A stretch of 64,000 bases of DNA from Felis catus (GCF_018350175.1 NC_058368.1:76262001-76326000); one strand, 5' to 3'. Positions 37,526-51,505 are shown, counted from the first letter of the stretch. Translations and numbers: made by a program. Notes: generated by a model not told the origin, from the letters alone.

Positions 37526-37834
37526 TAGAGACTTTTTAAAAAACACAAACCTGTGAGTTGAAAAAGGCTTAGAGGACCGCCTGCTAAAGGTGTCTAAGCC
37601 TGCATCACAGAATCTGTCCCAGTGTAGTTAGCATAAATCAGTAATGAAGCAAGAGATACAGAATCTCCACTGTGGACCAGAAACATTTTCTCCCTAAAAC
37701 TCAGAAGGTCTGTTCATAGTGGAACTCTGTAACCTAAAACTAATTTAAGAACATTTTGAAATGCACAAGAGGAGACATTATTAAGACCTCTCCAGAATCT
37801 TCACAGTATCTATGGAGGCTGTCTCTGATGTGTT

Positions 37835-38385
37835 ACGTGACCATTTTGGAAGCAGGGTAGTTGCAGACGCAACCAGTTAAAAATTTTTTTTTTTTACATT
37901 TATTTATTTTTGAGACAGAGAGAGACAGAGCATGAACGGGGGAGGGGCAGAGAGAGAGGGAGACACAGAATCGGAAACAGGCTCCAGGCTCTGAACCATC
38001 AGCCCAGAGCCCGACGCGGGGCTCGAACTCACGGACCTCGAGATCGTGACCCGAGCTGAAGTCGGCCGCTTAACCGACTGAGCCACCCAGGCGCCCCGAA
38101 GACACAACCAGTTAAAATGAGGTTCCACTGATGTAGGACAGACCCCTAATCCAGCATGACTGGTGTCCTTACCAAAAGAGCCCCACATACTGAAGGAAGA
38201 TGATGTGAAAACATGGGAAGCACACCGTCCCTAAGGCACCCCAACGACTGCCAACAAACCAGCAGAAGTCAACAACCTCCTCTCACAGCTCTCGGGAGGA
38301 CCCAACCCTTCCCACACCTTAATCTTGGCCTTCTGGTCTCTGGACCGTGAGACAATGAAGGTCTGCTGTGTGAGCCACCTTGTCC
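37835..38385 (+). mobile_element. MLT1 (MaLR) LTR split by a SINE
   Basis: ttgcagacgcaaccagttaaaatgagg...cctaatccagcatgactggtgtcctta...acaccttaatcttgg...ccgtgagacaat. Confidence 0.85.
37884..38097 (-). mobile_element. Young-type Can-SINE in MLT1
   Basis: TSD agac(g/a)caaccagttaaaa. Confidence 0.96.
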
Positions 38386-38930
38386 GCAGAAATTAATATA
38401 ACACCCCTTGTAAAACTTGCCCCTAAGAGTGGAGATTAGTGGGAATACACCTGATATTTGACTGCCTCTTGATCTTGGCAGCATTTCAAAATCACTGTTA
38501 AGTCAGTTGAATTTGAACTCACAAAGGTCACCAATGATAACTAATGTCCAAATAGGGGCCCTTTCTTCATCCTGCATTCTTTTACAGCACTGCTGCCCTT
38601 CCCTTGGCTCTTGAAACTTCAGTGAAGATCCGGTTCTCTTTTCCACTCGGTGCTTCCTTGTCTTATTCAACCAAATGATTTTACACTTATTTTTCAAGTA
38701 TCATTATTTTGATGTTACGAATCTAACATCTCAGTGTGATGCAATGACCCAAAATGCTTCACTCTCAAACTCTGAATCCATCATCAGATGTTTCGGGACC
38801 TTTTGTCTCACAGCAGCCATAATCATGATCGTCAAGTACACACCCTTACTGGGCATTTTCTAGATGCAGCACTCTGTGTGGGCAACACAGCGAGCTGAAC
38901 CTGTTACTTGGCCTCTGTGATTAATTACTC

Positions 38931-39561
38931 TGTGTGTAGTTTTGTGGTCAACTTGACTGTTCTATGGGGTGCCCAGATGTGTTTCTAAAACTATTCTAGG
39001 TATGTCTGTGTGGATGTTTCTAGATGAGGGTAACATTTAAAGCACTAGACTGAGGAAGCAGATTGCCCTCCCTGGCCGGTGTGAGTGGGTCTCATCCAAT
39101 CAGTTGAAGACTGAATTAAACAAAAAGGTGGAGCTTCCCCAGGTAAGAAGGAATTTCCTCCTGTCTGACTGCTTCATGCTGGAACGTTGTTTTTTGTTTC
39201 TTTGTTTTTTTGTTTTTTGTTTTGTTTTGTTTTGTTTCTTTCCCACCTTCAGATCTGAGCTGAAAAGTTGGCTCTTGGGTTTTCGCTTGATGATTTTTGG
39301 ATCAGAACTTACATCATCTGCCCCCTGGGTTCTTGGGATTTTGGACTCAGACGTAACTACATATCGGCTCTCCTGGGTCTCCAGCTTAATACTGCAGATC
39401 TTGGAACTTCCGAGTGTCAATAATCACGTGAACAAAACATTATAATAAATCTCTCTCTCGTTTTCTATACCATAGTGTTATGTGATAGATTGATAGACAG
39501 ATAGGAACACACATGCACACACACCCTATTGGTTTTGTCTTTCTGGAGGACTCTAACACAA
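38931..39561 (+). mobile_element. MLT2 (ERVL) solo LTR
   Basis: gtcaacttgact...ggtgcccaga...agcagattgccctcc...ctcatccaatcagttgaag...ctattggttttgtctttctggagga. Confidence 0.88.
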
Positions 39562-42500
39562 CCTCATGTCTCTACTGGAGATATCCTATTCTACTTCAGT
39601 TCTACAGATGAAAAAAAAATTATTCCAGTAATATGTCCAAGGATGACTGTTGAAACAAGGCTGAACCAAGATTCAGATCCGGTTCTGACACTACACCTTA
39701 ACCCTACCACAACTCTTCTTTCCTTTTATTTCTGTTGGGAAGCATCACGGGTTTTCTGTGCAAGTCAACTCCAATCCTCAGAAATAACTTTGTCTCCTTA
39801 TCTAACACTAATGCATCTTCCAAATCTATTCACGTGTCTCCCTCCATTTATATTCCAGCTGCTCCAACTCTGAGTCTTGGAATACATCACAGGTGCAAAA
39901 ATCAAGCAAACTGGGGTGCATGCCTTTTCCCTTTTCATACTTTCACTGTGGTTTATCAGCTTTTTCTAAAAAGCATATTGATTGCCTCATTCTTGGGTTC
40001 AAAAGTCCTAAGTGCACCCCCACTGCCTTACCAAGGGCCATGGCAGGACTTCTGATTTGCCCCCGCTCTGAATGGGTCAGGGCCCATGCTGTACCAATGG
40101 TTAAATATTTTCAGCGTCCCTAGAGCGCATTAACATCCATCCTGGGGAGCTTTCTCAATCTCCACGTCTCAATACACCTTCCACCCGAAATTCTTAGGTG
40201 GTAATGAATATCTATCTTCTGATATATTTTCTCTATTGTAATTTCCTGCCGGAGGAATCGATTTCAAGCTGGCTCTGTGGTCACCATCTCAGCTCTGATC
40301 TCCCCTTCCAAGATTTCAACCCATTATTTTGTTGCATCCACTCTCTACTCCAGCCTCTGAGCACAGCCTTGGATTTGCCCTCTCTATGCATCTCTATATG
40401 CCAAATGAGTCACTGCAGGGGCCTCTGACTCCTTACCGAAATCCAACCCATTCCCAGTGTCCAGCTCACAGCCTCCTTCCTCAGTGAATCTCTCTACTCC
40501 ATCGACACTGAAAGCTATCTCTTCCACTACTTGACTCTAATTGCCCCTCGGCTCACAGGGTGGTCCCACTGTGCCGTGGGAGACAGCGTAACATGATGCT
40601 GCCGAGGTGAGAAGGCAGGTAAAAGCCACACAAGTAAGAGACCGGGATGTGAGGTCACTGAGAACAGATATCTGCACCCGGTTCAGGCGGTCCAGGATTT
40701 ACTTAAAGCACAAGAGGCAGAGGACACAGACCCAGCCCCTTGCACTATGTTACTCCCCCTACCCCCCACCCCGGCCCCAGAGCCAGTGAATCCACTCCAT
40801 AGCTGACCGCACCTCCCAGAGCCTGCTGTGGTAGAAAGACCCCTTCCTCTCCCTGTGAGGTCTGAGACACGGCAAGCTGGGGACATACCTGGGGGCCACT
40901 GACGCATGGGTTTAAGCAAAACAAAGAAGTACAGAACAGAGAAAGGTATTCCCTTACAAGGCCATCAGCCCAGCCCAGACTGTGAGGGCTCTTTATCCCA
41001 TCGGAAAGAAGTATTCCAGACCCATTCTCAGGTGGCTAAGTGGGAGTGTCTTTCCCAGCTCTAATGGCCTTGCTGTTCGTACAGTCTGAACTGCACAAGT
41101 GCATGCTTATCGTTTTAGAGCTATAATTCACATACCTATGTCTTTGACCCTCAACTGGACTGCATACTACCTAAGTAACATAACAAGGCCTAGTTTGCTC
41201 TCTGTTTCTCAAAGGACCTTGTATGTGGAGATAGTCAATACTTCTTTAGCCATAAACATGCTGAGGATGGTCGTCCGAGTTCAGGAAGTTAGCACTGGTC
41301 ATGAGGATTCTCCCAGGCCTCAAGACCAGGGGGAGACGGGCCCTTACATTGTGTAACTTGTGCAACTTCAGTATTTTCACACCCGTGAGCCTCCCTCTCC
41401 GGTCACGCATGTCTGATGCCTCCTCCTCTGCCAGCTACAGACGTTCTGGAATCCTTTCTGCATCTAGAAACTACAGGAACTTTCACTTTCGTCCCCAATT
41501 CAAAAAATTAGTGACACAACTGCTCAAGGTGCATAACGTACTTACCAAAAACCGTACAGACCACTTCATGGCTTTAGATCTTCTTGGTTTTCATGAGACA
41601 CATCACCGGAAATAATTTGACGATTTACGACTGGGTAGTGAATGTCACTTTATGCCGGATTATTTATGCCACGCTGAGATTTCAAAGTTAGCGCGAGATT
41701 TCAATCAGGATAAATTAGGGTTCACATAGTTTAAAGTGAGGGAGAAGATTTCACCAGCTAAATTCTTCTTGCTACTTCAGGTAGAAAATATTTCCCCCAA
41801 ATTATTCTCTAATGCTGACATTTATGTTACTTGCCTTTAGAAGATCTTTAAAGAATGGTTTTCCATAGCCCGGTGTCCTAGTTACGAATCACCATTATCA
41901 ATGGTTTGAAAGGAGATCAGGGTGTAGACGTGGGGCAGTTCTACACTAAGGCACTGTTTTCTCTTGGACTCTCAGCTTTATAGAGGTGAAGGTGACATTT
42001 ACCTGTTTGGACCCATTTCCACTCATGCCTCACTGAATGCCTCTTACCAACCCCCAAACTGTCAAACCTTAGTGAGCCTTGGACTCAAGAGTAAACTTGG
42101 TTCTTTTGTATATTGAAACTACCTCCCTTCCCATGCATTAACTACATGGATTGAAATAATTCGGGTTTACCTTTCAAACCCCGATTTGAGGTTCCAATGA
42201 CCTGTGATCAGAAGTTACAAGATGATTATACCCAGTACCCCTTTGAAAAGCCCCACCGAGGAGAGAATGGCTGAGAATTTCCCCATTGTGTTCATGCCAA
42301 AAAAAAACCATTTAATGGAACACCATGTGGCTAGAATCACTGCTGAAGCTAGCAGTTGATGAAACAAACAAACTACGAACTTAAGCTTGGAGTTCCAAAG
42401 CTATTTCTAAAAAAAGAAGTTTCTGGGAGGCCAATAGCCTTTTCATTTCATCATGGTGCTCAACTCCAACAGAAAAAGCTAGATTTTCTTCTTAATCTCC

Positions 42501-43071
42501 TCCTCACTCTCGGTTGCCCTTCAGGGGGTCCTAGTCCACCTACTTGTGATTTATTGCTACAGAGTTTTGGGTCTTTTCCCCCCCATTTAACTGTTCCACT
42601 GTGCTGCCGAAAGCTTAACACCCAGGAAATTTTGGCAGAACCTTCAGCAATGTCTTTATAAAATAAAAAAGCATTCATTGGAACAGACTACCCGTGGCAA
42701 GCATAATGCTCCTGGTGCAAAAAAGACAATACCAGTTTCCAATTTTTTGATGATCATGTATTTTGTGAACGGTTCTTATTTTTCACTTGCATTAAAAAAA
42801 AAAAAAAAAAAAAGACGAAGACCTCCAGAAGCTCTTTCCTCTGCATGTCTAGCAATAAGGGTATTCACAAACGTCTCCCATCCAACACAGAGCCATGAAC
42901 TCCTAACTCCTCATAAAAGAACTGGGAAGTGGCAACCGGTAGAAATAACAGTCATTGGACCCTCTTCAAAGTGGAGATATGGAGTCACCTTCACGGCCTC
43001 AGGAAGGAGGTGTTGACTTGGAATTGTGGATAAAAGGAATGCTACTTATTTTAATTGTTTTTAATGATTAC

Positions 43072-43317
43072 TTATTTTTTTTTGAGAGAGAGAGAGAAAG
43101 AGAGAGAACGAGAGAGAGAGAGAGAGAGAGAGCATGAGTGGGGGAGGAACAGGGAGAGGGAGACACAGAATCCAAAATAGGCTCCAGGCTCTGAGCTGTC
43201 AGCACAGAGCCCGATGGGGGGCTTGAGCTCACGAACCACGAGATCATGACCTGAGCCACGGGATCGTGACCTGAGCCCAAGTCAGACACTGAACCGACTG
43301 AGCCACCCAGGTGCCCC
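43072..43317 (-). mobile_element. Can-SINE with 20-bp internal tandem duplication
   Basis: Reverse head ends at 43317; TSD-like ctacttatttta. Confidence 0.93.
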
Positions 43318-43929
43318 AGAACACTACTTATTTTATACCGTAACCAGGTAGTGCCTTGTGAAAGCCTCTTCGATTCTCTAGTAGGTACTGGGGAGAAAGT
43401 CTGTGCGTACAAAGCTAATCTGAAAAGAAAAAAATGGAGGGAGAGAAGGAAGTGGAGGAGAAGGAGGAAAAAGAAAAAGAAAGGGAGCAGGGGGGCAGGG
43501 AGGAGGAGGAGACAGTAATTCTAAAATCATGGCATCGTTGGCCATTTTGTGTCGGAGTAAAGAACGTTCCCAAGTCATTCAAGTATTGGAATATTGCAAT
43601 AAAATACTTGATGTCTATAAAATAACCTTTGTCAATCAAAACATGTATCACAGTATTAATTCAGTGAAATAAATCATACATTTAGGAAGATTACCATCAC
43701 TTTCCTTACATAGGTTTTGACGTTTCAAGAGTGATCACTTAGCCATAACATCTTCAAATTCAGAAAACTAAATTCTTGATGACATCTTCATTGAATATCC
43801 TATTTTGTCAGTAAAATTCTATTATTTTCTCACAGTCCAGATCACTCTTTAGCACAAGTATCCATGCTGCTTTAGTGGAGACAGTGGTTACAGGGAACAT
43901 TTGAGAGCTCCATATTTGAACAAATATTA

Positions 43930-44135
43930 ATATTGATAATAGAAACATGTACACAATGCTTGGAATTTGCCACTGTTCAAAGAACTTCACATACATTAAC
44001 TCATTTAATTCTTACTAAAACCTTACGTGTTATGTCCTCTCCAATGCTCCATTTTAAGATGAGGAAATCACCCACAGAGAGATTAAGTAATTTGCCCAAA
44101 GTCTCACAGTGGACCATCTAATACAGGGTTTCCAA
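43930..44135 (-). mobile_element. MIR fragment
   Basis: cattaactcatttaattctta...ccattttaagatgaggaaa...cagagagattaagtaatttgcccaaagtc. Confidence 0.8.
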
Positions 44136-45049
44136 GTATCTGAAAGTTCTCTAGGCTTCAAAAATAAATTTAGTACCAGCTTCTTTGCCTTAAACCCGAA
44201 AGTGAATTCAAATCTAAATGTTTTCAACATACGGTTTCATGGGCTATTGCCTATTGAACTGTTTTAATTAAGTGTTTCTGTTTCTTCTGAGGACAGAAAA
44301 TATTCTACTCATGTATTTATGTTTGCTGTATCTTTCAAAGGAGAGTGGTAAAAAATAAGACGTATCAGAAAAGAATAGTAAATTAGGATATATTAAACAA
44401 TTTGGGCCATTAATTGAGCACCTACTCTGTCTTGCCCCCAAACTACCATATCCCCACCTGGTGGTCACCCGGTGCTGCAACCTTACATTGCATCTACAAC
44501 CCAATAAAATGCCTGTATCTATTTTGCTTTCTAGACAACACCTAATATACCCAAGCTACAAATGCACATGGTTCTTACTTGACGGATATTGGCCCTACAG
44601 GTTTAAAAGAAGAGGTGCCAATACTCATTTCTGAGATCCACAGACCCACCATGCTTAGAAATGATCAACAGCATCTTGTTAAATGTCCCTTCATGAGCAT
44701 GTCAGCCACGTCCCGTAAGTTTACTTGTCATTGCACAAACAAAAAATTATTTCAGGAGGAAGCACATTTATGACTTTATCCAAAGCCTGTACCCAAAGTT
44801 GTTATTCCAGCAAATGGAGAGATGAGTCTTCATTCATAAGCAAGAATGACAGATTTCAGGGCTCAGTTTCATAAGTGAAATATCTAAATGTCCTCTTGTC
44901 AAATGAATGGATATTCTCTGGCAGAACTGTACAGAAAGCAGCCTGCATTATCTAATAATAATAGTACGCATACATTTACCATAGTTGCAAAGTTTGAAGT
45001 ATTTGAAATTGTTTTTAAAATGTGTGGCTTTTAAAACAGGGTTGTCTTA

Positions 45050-45167
45050 GAGGTGCCTGACTGGCTCAGTGGTAGAGCAGGTGACTCTTGATCTTAGGGT
45101 GGTGAGTTCAAGCCCTATATTGGGTGTAGAGCTCACTTAGATTGATCAATCGATCAATCAATCGATC
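45050..45167 (+). mobile_element. Short carnivore SINE (tRNA-like head only) with (GATC/AATC)n tail
   Basis: gcctgactggctcagtggtagagc...actcttgatcttagggtggtgagttcaagccc...ttgggtgtagag. Confidence 0.8.
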
Positions 45168-45274
45168 GTCTACATGGTAATGAAATTGTATCATTTCTTC
45201 AAAACAATGTCTACCTAAAAAATCTAAGAGTAAAAAAAAAAACAACCCTGTTTGCATTAAATAATGGAAATCTT

Positions 45275-45496
45275 GGGGCGCCTGGGTGGCGCAGTCGGTT
45301 AAGCGTCCGACTTCAGCCAGGTCACGATCTCGCAGTCCGTGAGTTCGAGCCCCGTGTCGGGCTCTGGGCTGATGGCTCAGAGCCTGGAGCCTGTTTCTGA
45401 TTCTGTGTCTCCCTCTCTCTCTGCCCCTCGCCCGTTCATGCTCTGTCTCTCTCTGTCCCAAAAATAAATAAACGTTGAAAAAAAAAATTTAAAAAA
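45275..45496 (+). mobile_element. Young SINEC_Fc
   Basis: Perfect TSD aaataatggaaatctt. Confidence 0.97.
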
Positions 45497-45552
45497 AAAT
45501 AATGGAAATCTTAGGCACAACAGGCAAAAGTAATTGAGTAAATAGTTTATAT

Positions 45553-45752
45553 AGGGGCAATTCAGTCGGTTAAGCCTACAAATTCGGCTCAGGTCATGAT
45601 CTCAGAGTTTGTGGGTTTGAGCCCCACGTCGGGCTCTGTGCTGACAGCTCAGAGCCTAGAGCCCGCTTCGGATTCTGTGTCTCCCTTTTTCTCTGCCCCT
45701 CTCTCGCTCGCATTCTATCTCTGTCAAAAGTAAATAAATGTTAAAAAAAAAT
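45553..45752 (+). mobile_element. Can-SINE with 5' deletion
   Basis: Body and tail intact, head shortened. Confidence 0.88.
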
Positions 45753-47011
45753 TTAAACTATACAAATTATTTCATTGAAAATATTTGAGTTCTATCTCTA
45801 GAAAGAGAAAATTTAATTTATAGATTAAATGATTTATAGATTATAAGAATCTATCATTTATAACTTATAGATTAAATAAAGCTTCAGTTTTTAACAGATG
45901 CATGCCTAAGTTTTAAACCACTTGGATAAATACGCTCAGAGGCTCTATCGTTAAATAACCACAAGAAAGAGAAGACTGTGGCTTTTCAGCCAGGTCTAGC
46001 TGGGCACGGCGTGAAACGCAATGACCGACCCGTAATTATCCTGTGGATTTAGGCAGAGGAACTGGGCAGTCAGGGTAATTCAAACCCTAATCATCTGCAT
46101 TTTCCTCACCCAACTGGCTAATTGAAAGAAGATTGAAAAGAGGCAAGAAGAGATAAAACAGTGACTCTTGAGTTCACGAGGGGATGGGACAGGCAAGAAG
46201 GCAGAGCAGACATTGCTTCCTGTGGCTGTGTGGAAACACTCCGAAAACACGCAGCTTGTGTCTGCCAGCCACACTCTGCCTTCAGGAAAACAGGAGTAAA
46301 TGTGGGTGTGGAAAGCAAGATAGCTCAGGAAAACCTTGTTCAAACCAGTCTGTTCCCTAGCCGAGAGGGGAGCTTGCTGGTTATCTTCTAGAGGTGCTGA
46401 ATGGCTCTTCTGTAAATAATGCTTTGACGCCGAAAGGAAAAAAAAAATAATAATTGACTACTGATTTACAAGAACTGCCATCACAAAATTATTAGGCCTC
46501 CTTGGTTCCAGAGGCTAATATTCAATCCTCTAAGGCAATGATAAAGGAAGGCTGGGAGAACAGACCACGCCAAGGGGGAGACTGACGATCAAACATCTCA
46601 GGGGGATGATCGCGGGCGAAATGCGACGCGGTCGTTTGACTCCCTCATTGAAGTTCTCATCATTCATAATGCACCCTTTGACTCATTCAACAAATACGTT
46701 TTAGGTGCCTTCTATAGCCAGGGGACAGAGATGAATGAGATACAGGCTCTGCCTCACACTTCCAGAAAGTACATTTCTGCCCAATTATCCAGCCGAGGCA
46801 CGAATCCCTTCCACAAAGTCTCTGCCAAAGCTTTGTACTACCACACTAGAGTTAGCATTAAATTGCTAAGATGTATTCGCATTTTGACGATTACGGCTAC
46901 CAGGCCACACTTCCTCCCTGTCATATTTATGTAGATTTTGTTTGTTTAAATTTAAGTGCACTATCTTATGGCTACCCCTGTAATGTACCCTCTTTCAAAA
47001 AGCGTCCCACT

Positions 47012-47231
47012 GGGGCGCCTGGGCGGCTCAGTCCGTTACGCATCTGACTTCGGCCCAGACTTCACGGTCTGTGGGTTCGAGCCCCACATCGGGCTCTGTG
47101 CTGATAGCTTGGAGCATGGAGCCTGCTTTGGAATCTGTCTCCCTCTCTCTCTGCCCTGCCCCCCCCCACTCATGCTCTGTTTCCTTCTCTCTCAAAAATG
47201 AATAAACGTAAACAAACAAACAAATAAATAC
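47012..47231 (+). mobile_element. Can-SINE
   Basis: TSD aagc(g/a)tccca. Confidence 0.93.
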
Positions 47232-47859
47232 AAGCATCCCATTGTTCTAGCTTGTTAAAAACTTCTTGGAGCCAGAGTATTCACTAACCCTCCCAACACT
47301 GGGTAATTGCACGTGTCACACACAGGCCCACCATGACTTCATCTAAGTCTTTATAAAGATACGGACCAGAGGATTCACAGTTGGGAAACACGGCTGGCCT
47401 GCCAGGCTGAGCCTCAGTGATCAGCATCTACAGATGGGTCAGCGGGTTTCGCCACCAGGCTCTTAACTGAATGCTATTCTAGTAACTTATTCAGGGCCCA
47501 ATTGTAAAAGAAAGGCCTTTAAGAATCCCCACCAATGTAATGATAATAAATTATACAGAAAAGAGACGGTTTAGTTAGGCCCCAAAATACACATCAGGTA
47601 TGTGTAGAGATTAATTACGTGTACTGATCTACCAAGAAACCCCAGTTCACACCTGGGACCCTGATTCATTTGCAAAATATCCGAACGCAGATAATAAGTT
47701 ATTATTTATGGCCCCCTGAGTTGCCGAGCAGATGAACTAAGTTTTTACAACCGTCTTCCCCTGTAAATCCCTTGGTCACCCCTCAAGCAAGTTTAGGGGA
47801 GCGATTTTCTCTCTTTCTGGTCATAATATCTGTGAGTTCTCAGGCACTTCTGCCCCCGC

Positions 47860-47980
47860 AGAACAATAAACACTGGAGGGCTGCGATCAGTCACCACTTT
47901 ATTCTTTGCAGCTAACATGGTTCCTGGCACATAGAGGCAGGCGATACGTATGCATTGGGTGAAGACTAAATTAATGAATA
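47860..47980 (+). mobile_element. L2 3' end fragment
   Basis: catggttcctggcacatagaggc...aatgaat. Confidence 0.5.
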
Positions 47981-50900
47981 CTGCTGCTACCCAATGGCCT
48001 AATCTGTCCAGTGTGATTCTGTGACTTTATGAATATGTTCTTAGGCTGGTGAGGACATGTGGATGCAAACGTGAAGGCTGCCTGCGTGGACTTTCTCTGC
48101 CTTTTGGCACATTCCGTTCTGAGCGTTTTATTTGTTCCGCTCCTTCACGCGCTCAGCCTGTCAGGGGGGCCCTTGCCTCCTTCCACGAGGCCTCTCTAGA
48201 CTTTAATGAAGTGTTAGATCCCCTTGCAAAGGTCCTGGGAAACTGAGTTAGTGGGACGTCGGTTTACCCCTCTGCTCCCTGTCTCCCCACATATATGACT
48301 GAAACATTGGGATTCAACGACAGGACCTACCGCATGGGACTTCTGGTCAGAGACGATGATCCTTTGTCTCTACTCGCTTCTATTTGTCGTCCAAGATTTG
48401 TATAATCATTTATCATTCTAGTTCACTTGTTTGCCATGATATACATACTCTGTACAAAGAAAAAAAGGATAGTTGAAATATGACCCATTCTAACTCAGAA
48501 GAAAAAAATATCCTGTATTTGGTGTTTATAATTATGCTCTGTGTTCAGGGGCCGTACTCAAATTATGTGATGCCTTTCAAAAGACATTCAGTTTAATTAA
48601 AACCTCATTATTGAGTCCCTACTGTGTGTCACACATATATTTCCCTCTACCTTCGGAACAATAGGAAAAATGACATATTCAAATGCCAGCGCATTTTTCT
48701 CTGAAGGGAAAAACCTTCTGAGATGAGATCTTTGTGCATTGGCTAGCAGATGCCAGGAATCCAACTTATTTTTAGAATAATTTTAGGCTCAGTACAGAAA
48801 ACAGTTGAGTGCATTTTCATAAAGTCCTCTGGTTTCCATGGCAAATGGGGCCATTATTTCTTGTGAAATGGAAGGCTTTTACTTACACTTTCCAAATGCT
48901 TTTCATATTGTGCCAAAAACTCAAGTCAGTCCAGAAACAAGTACACCAGTGGCTTATTGTTAAAAGCAGTTCTTAAGTAAAAATGTGGAGCAGGTCAAAA
49001 TGACTTTCCATTCAGGCCTGTGGAGAACACCAAATAATACACTCCAGTCAAATGGCATGCATTCATCTTGGGTGTAGACAGTGGGGCACATGAAGAGATT
49101 CACGACCCCAAGTACTTCATCACGATGAGACACGACTACAATAGGTTTAGATGTCCTCCACGAAAACTACCATGTTTGTTTCTTAAGTTACAAGATGTGG
49201 GCTCCAAAAGCCACTTACATGCAAATCTGTCTAATACCTAATACTCATTATGCATATTAAAACATAAAATACAAAAACTATATAATTTTGTAAGCTCTGC
49301 TTAATTTCACGGTAGGTGATGGTAATTCTTTCTTCGGGGATCACGGATTTTTTTTAATATTGAATATTAAATGGATTTTGGAAAGGCAACTAATTAGACT
49401 AATAAATATCAACATGATATTTATATTGTTCACCGGCTCTTTGCTTGTAAGAAAAAAAAATTATACTATTACTATGGGAAATCAGTTACAAATTAAAACC
49501 TTTAGGCACAAATTGGAGTTGAATCACCTTTTCCTTTCAGCACAGAATTTAGTGTTTAGTGTCAATTTTTTAAATTAATGGAGTTAAATCTAAATAAGTT
49601 TTGTACTAGAGCGCACCCTTTCCCTTCATATCAGTGTTTATTAGCCACCCTGTAAACTGTTTATATTGACTGCAGTATCTCTCTATAGGAGATCTCTACC
49701 CACTAAGATAGGACTGATATTTACATATAACAAATATATAACTAACCAAGGAGGGGGTTATTCAATTATTAAATCCTTCTTCGATATGGAACCTGGATGA
49801 GCCACCTGGGTCAAGAAAGGTTGGTGAGCTCTTCTGTCTACTGGCCACTGCCCAAGAAAGCAGACTTCAATACAGGTGGCGAGCCCAGCTCAACCAGTCT
49901 TTGGTCCTTATTCTATGTGCCAAGCTTGCAAGCCACTGGTGCCTCTCCTCTCTGGCCCCCACCTCTGTACCAGCATAAGCAGCTCCACTTTGCATTCTCT
50001 CAAGATCTCAGATCACAATGGATGATAACCCAGCCCGATGCTAGCCTCTGTCATTGTCATCTCCGTAGGAATGAAATCATTTTGGATGGGTTTTAAAACC
50101 ACGGCCAATTCAATATGGATGCGCGAGCCTCGCTAGCGTTCTCTGTTACAGAATAAACATGAATGATGACGAGTTGACGGTTCATTTCAAAAGTGTGATT
50201 CACAGCCATGCTTTGTCTGCCGCAGCCTTCCAGATGAGCCAGGTCAGTGCTCAGCGACACCATCGGTAACGCGATGCAGTACACAAGAGGTCTACATTTG
50301 ACACGACGGAAGTGATTTCACTTTTCTGATGAACGTCCCCTTCTGTGCTACATTTAGCATCTCCTTCCCAGAGCAGGTGTCTCCCTTATGGCTATTGGGC
50401 CAAAATACACCCTTTTAGCCACTTTGAGTTATTGGAATAGTACTGAGTATTTAACACTTTGGTCTTTTTAATTTTATTGTCTTGTCTTGCGTTTGATTCA
50501 AAGTACCTTCCTTTCCTTTCCCCAAACTAGTAAGAATAAAATCTATGGGACCTACAGGGTTGGAGGACAGGAGTCGGGCCTTCTCTGCTACCTCTGACTT
50601 TTTTGGCTTATCCAGAACAGAGTGGGGAGGAGGGAGAGAGAAACAGACAAAGTTCTTCATTTCCCGGGCAAAGGTGGGAATCTCTCTGTCTCTGCTCTTC
50701 TAACATCCATTGCTGCCAATAATGCCTGCCTGCCATGTGTAAAAATGCTGACTCTCTCCTCTTGGAGTCCAGATGTGTTTTCTGCAGGGAGTCCTGTGGG
50801 AGCCTCAAAATACACCTTTTCTTAAAATGAAAGCTCAGTCTCTTGTTACTGCTTTCCGCTCTTCCTCTGTTCCCACCACAGGAGAATCAAACAGAAATCT

Positions 50901-51105
50901 TTTGCTACCTTTTTAAAGTATCTACAATGTAGATCAATCCCACTTTTCTCCTACAACGTCCAGTGACAATGAGAAATGCACGTATCCTTGGGGTGCTGGC
51001 TTCTCTTAGGATATCCACACAAAGAGGTATGTGACTAACTATATCTTAAGAACTGGGTTTTTTTTTTTTTACCTGTATTGGACATTGTAGGCAAAAGGAA
51101 GACAT

Positions 51106-51269
51106 TTTTGAGGGGGGCGGGGGGAGAGAGAGAGAGAGAGAATCCCAAGCAGGCTCTGCATTGTCCATGTGGAGCCTGATGTGGGGTTTGGTCTTGTGAA
51201 CTGTGAGACCATGATGTAAGCCAAAAATAAGAGCCAGATACTTAACCAACTGAGCCACCCAGGCACCCC
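51106..51269 (-). mobile_element. Can-SINE with a short tail
   Basis: TSD aggaagacat. Confidence 0.88.
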
Positions 51270-51299
51270 AGGAAGACATCTTGTAAAATGACACTTCAC

Positions 51300-51505
51300 T
51301 GGGCCACCTGGGTGGCTTACTTCAGTTAAGTGTCCAGCTCTGGATTTCGGCTCAGGTCATGATTTCCCAGTTCATGAGTTTGAGCCCCACATCAGGCTCT
51401 GCACCGGTAGTGTGGAGCCTGCTTGGGATTCTCTGTCTCCCTCTCTCTGCCTCTTCCCCACTCGCGTTCTGTCTCTCGCAAAATAGAAAAAACCAAACAT
51501 TTGTT
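51300..51505 (+). mobile_element. Can-SINE, head-to-head with the previous one
   Basis: TSD aatgac(a/g)cttca. Confidence 0.9.

Noticed and set aside
45050..45140. tRNA-like sequence with A and B boxes
   Set aside because: Diverged SINE head without a sound cloverleaf; not a tRNA gene.
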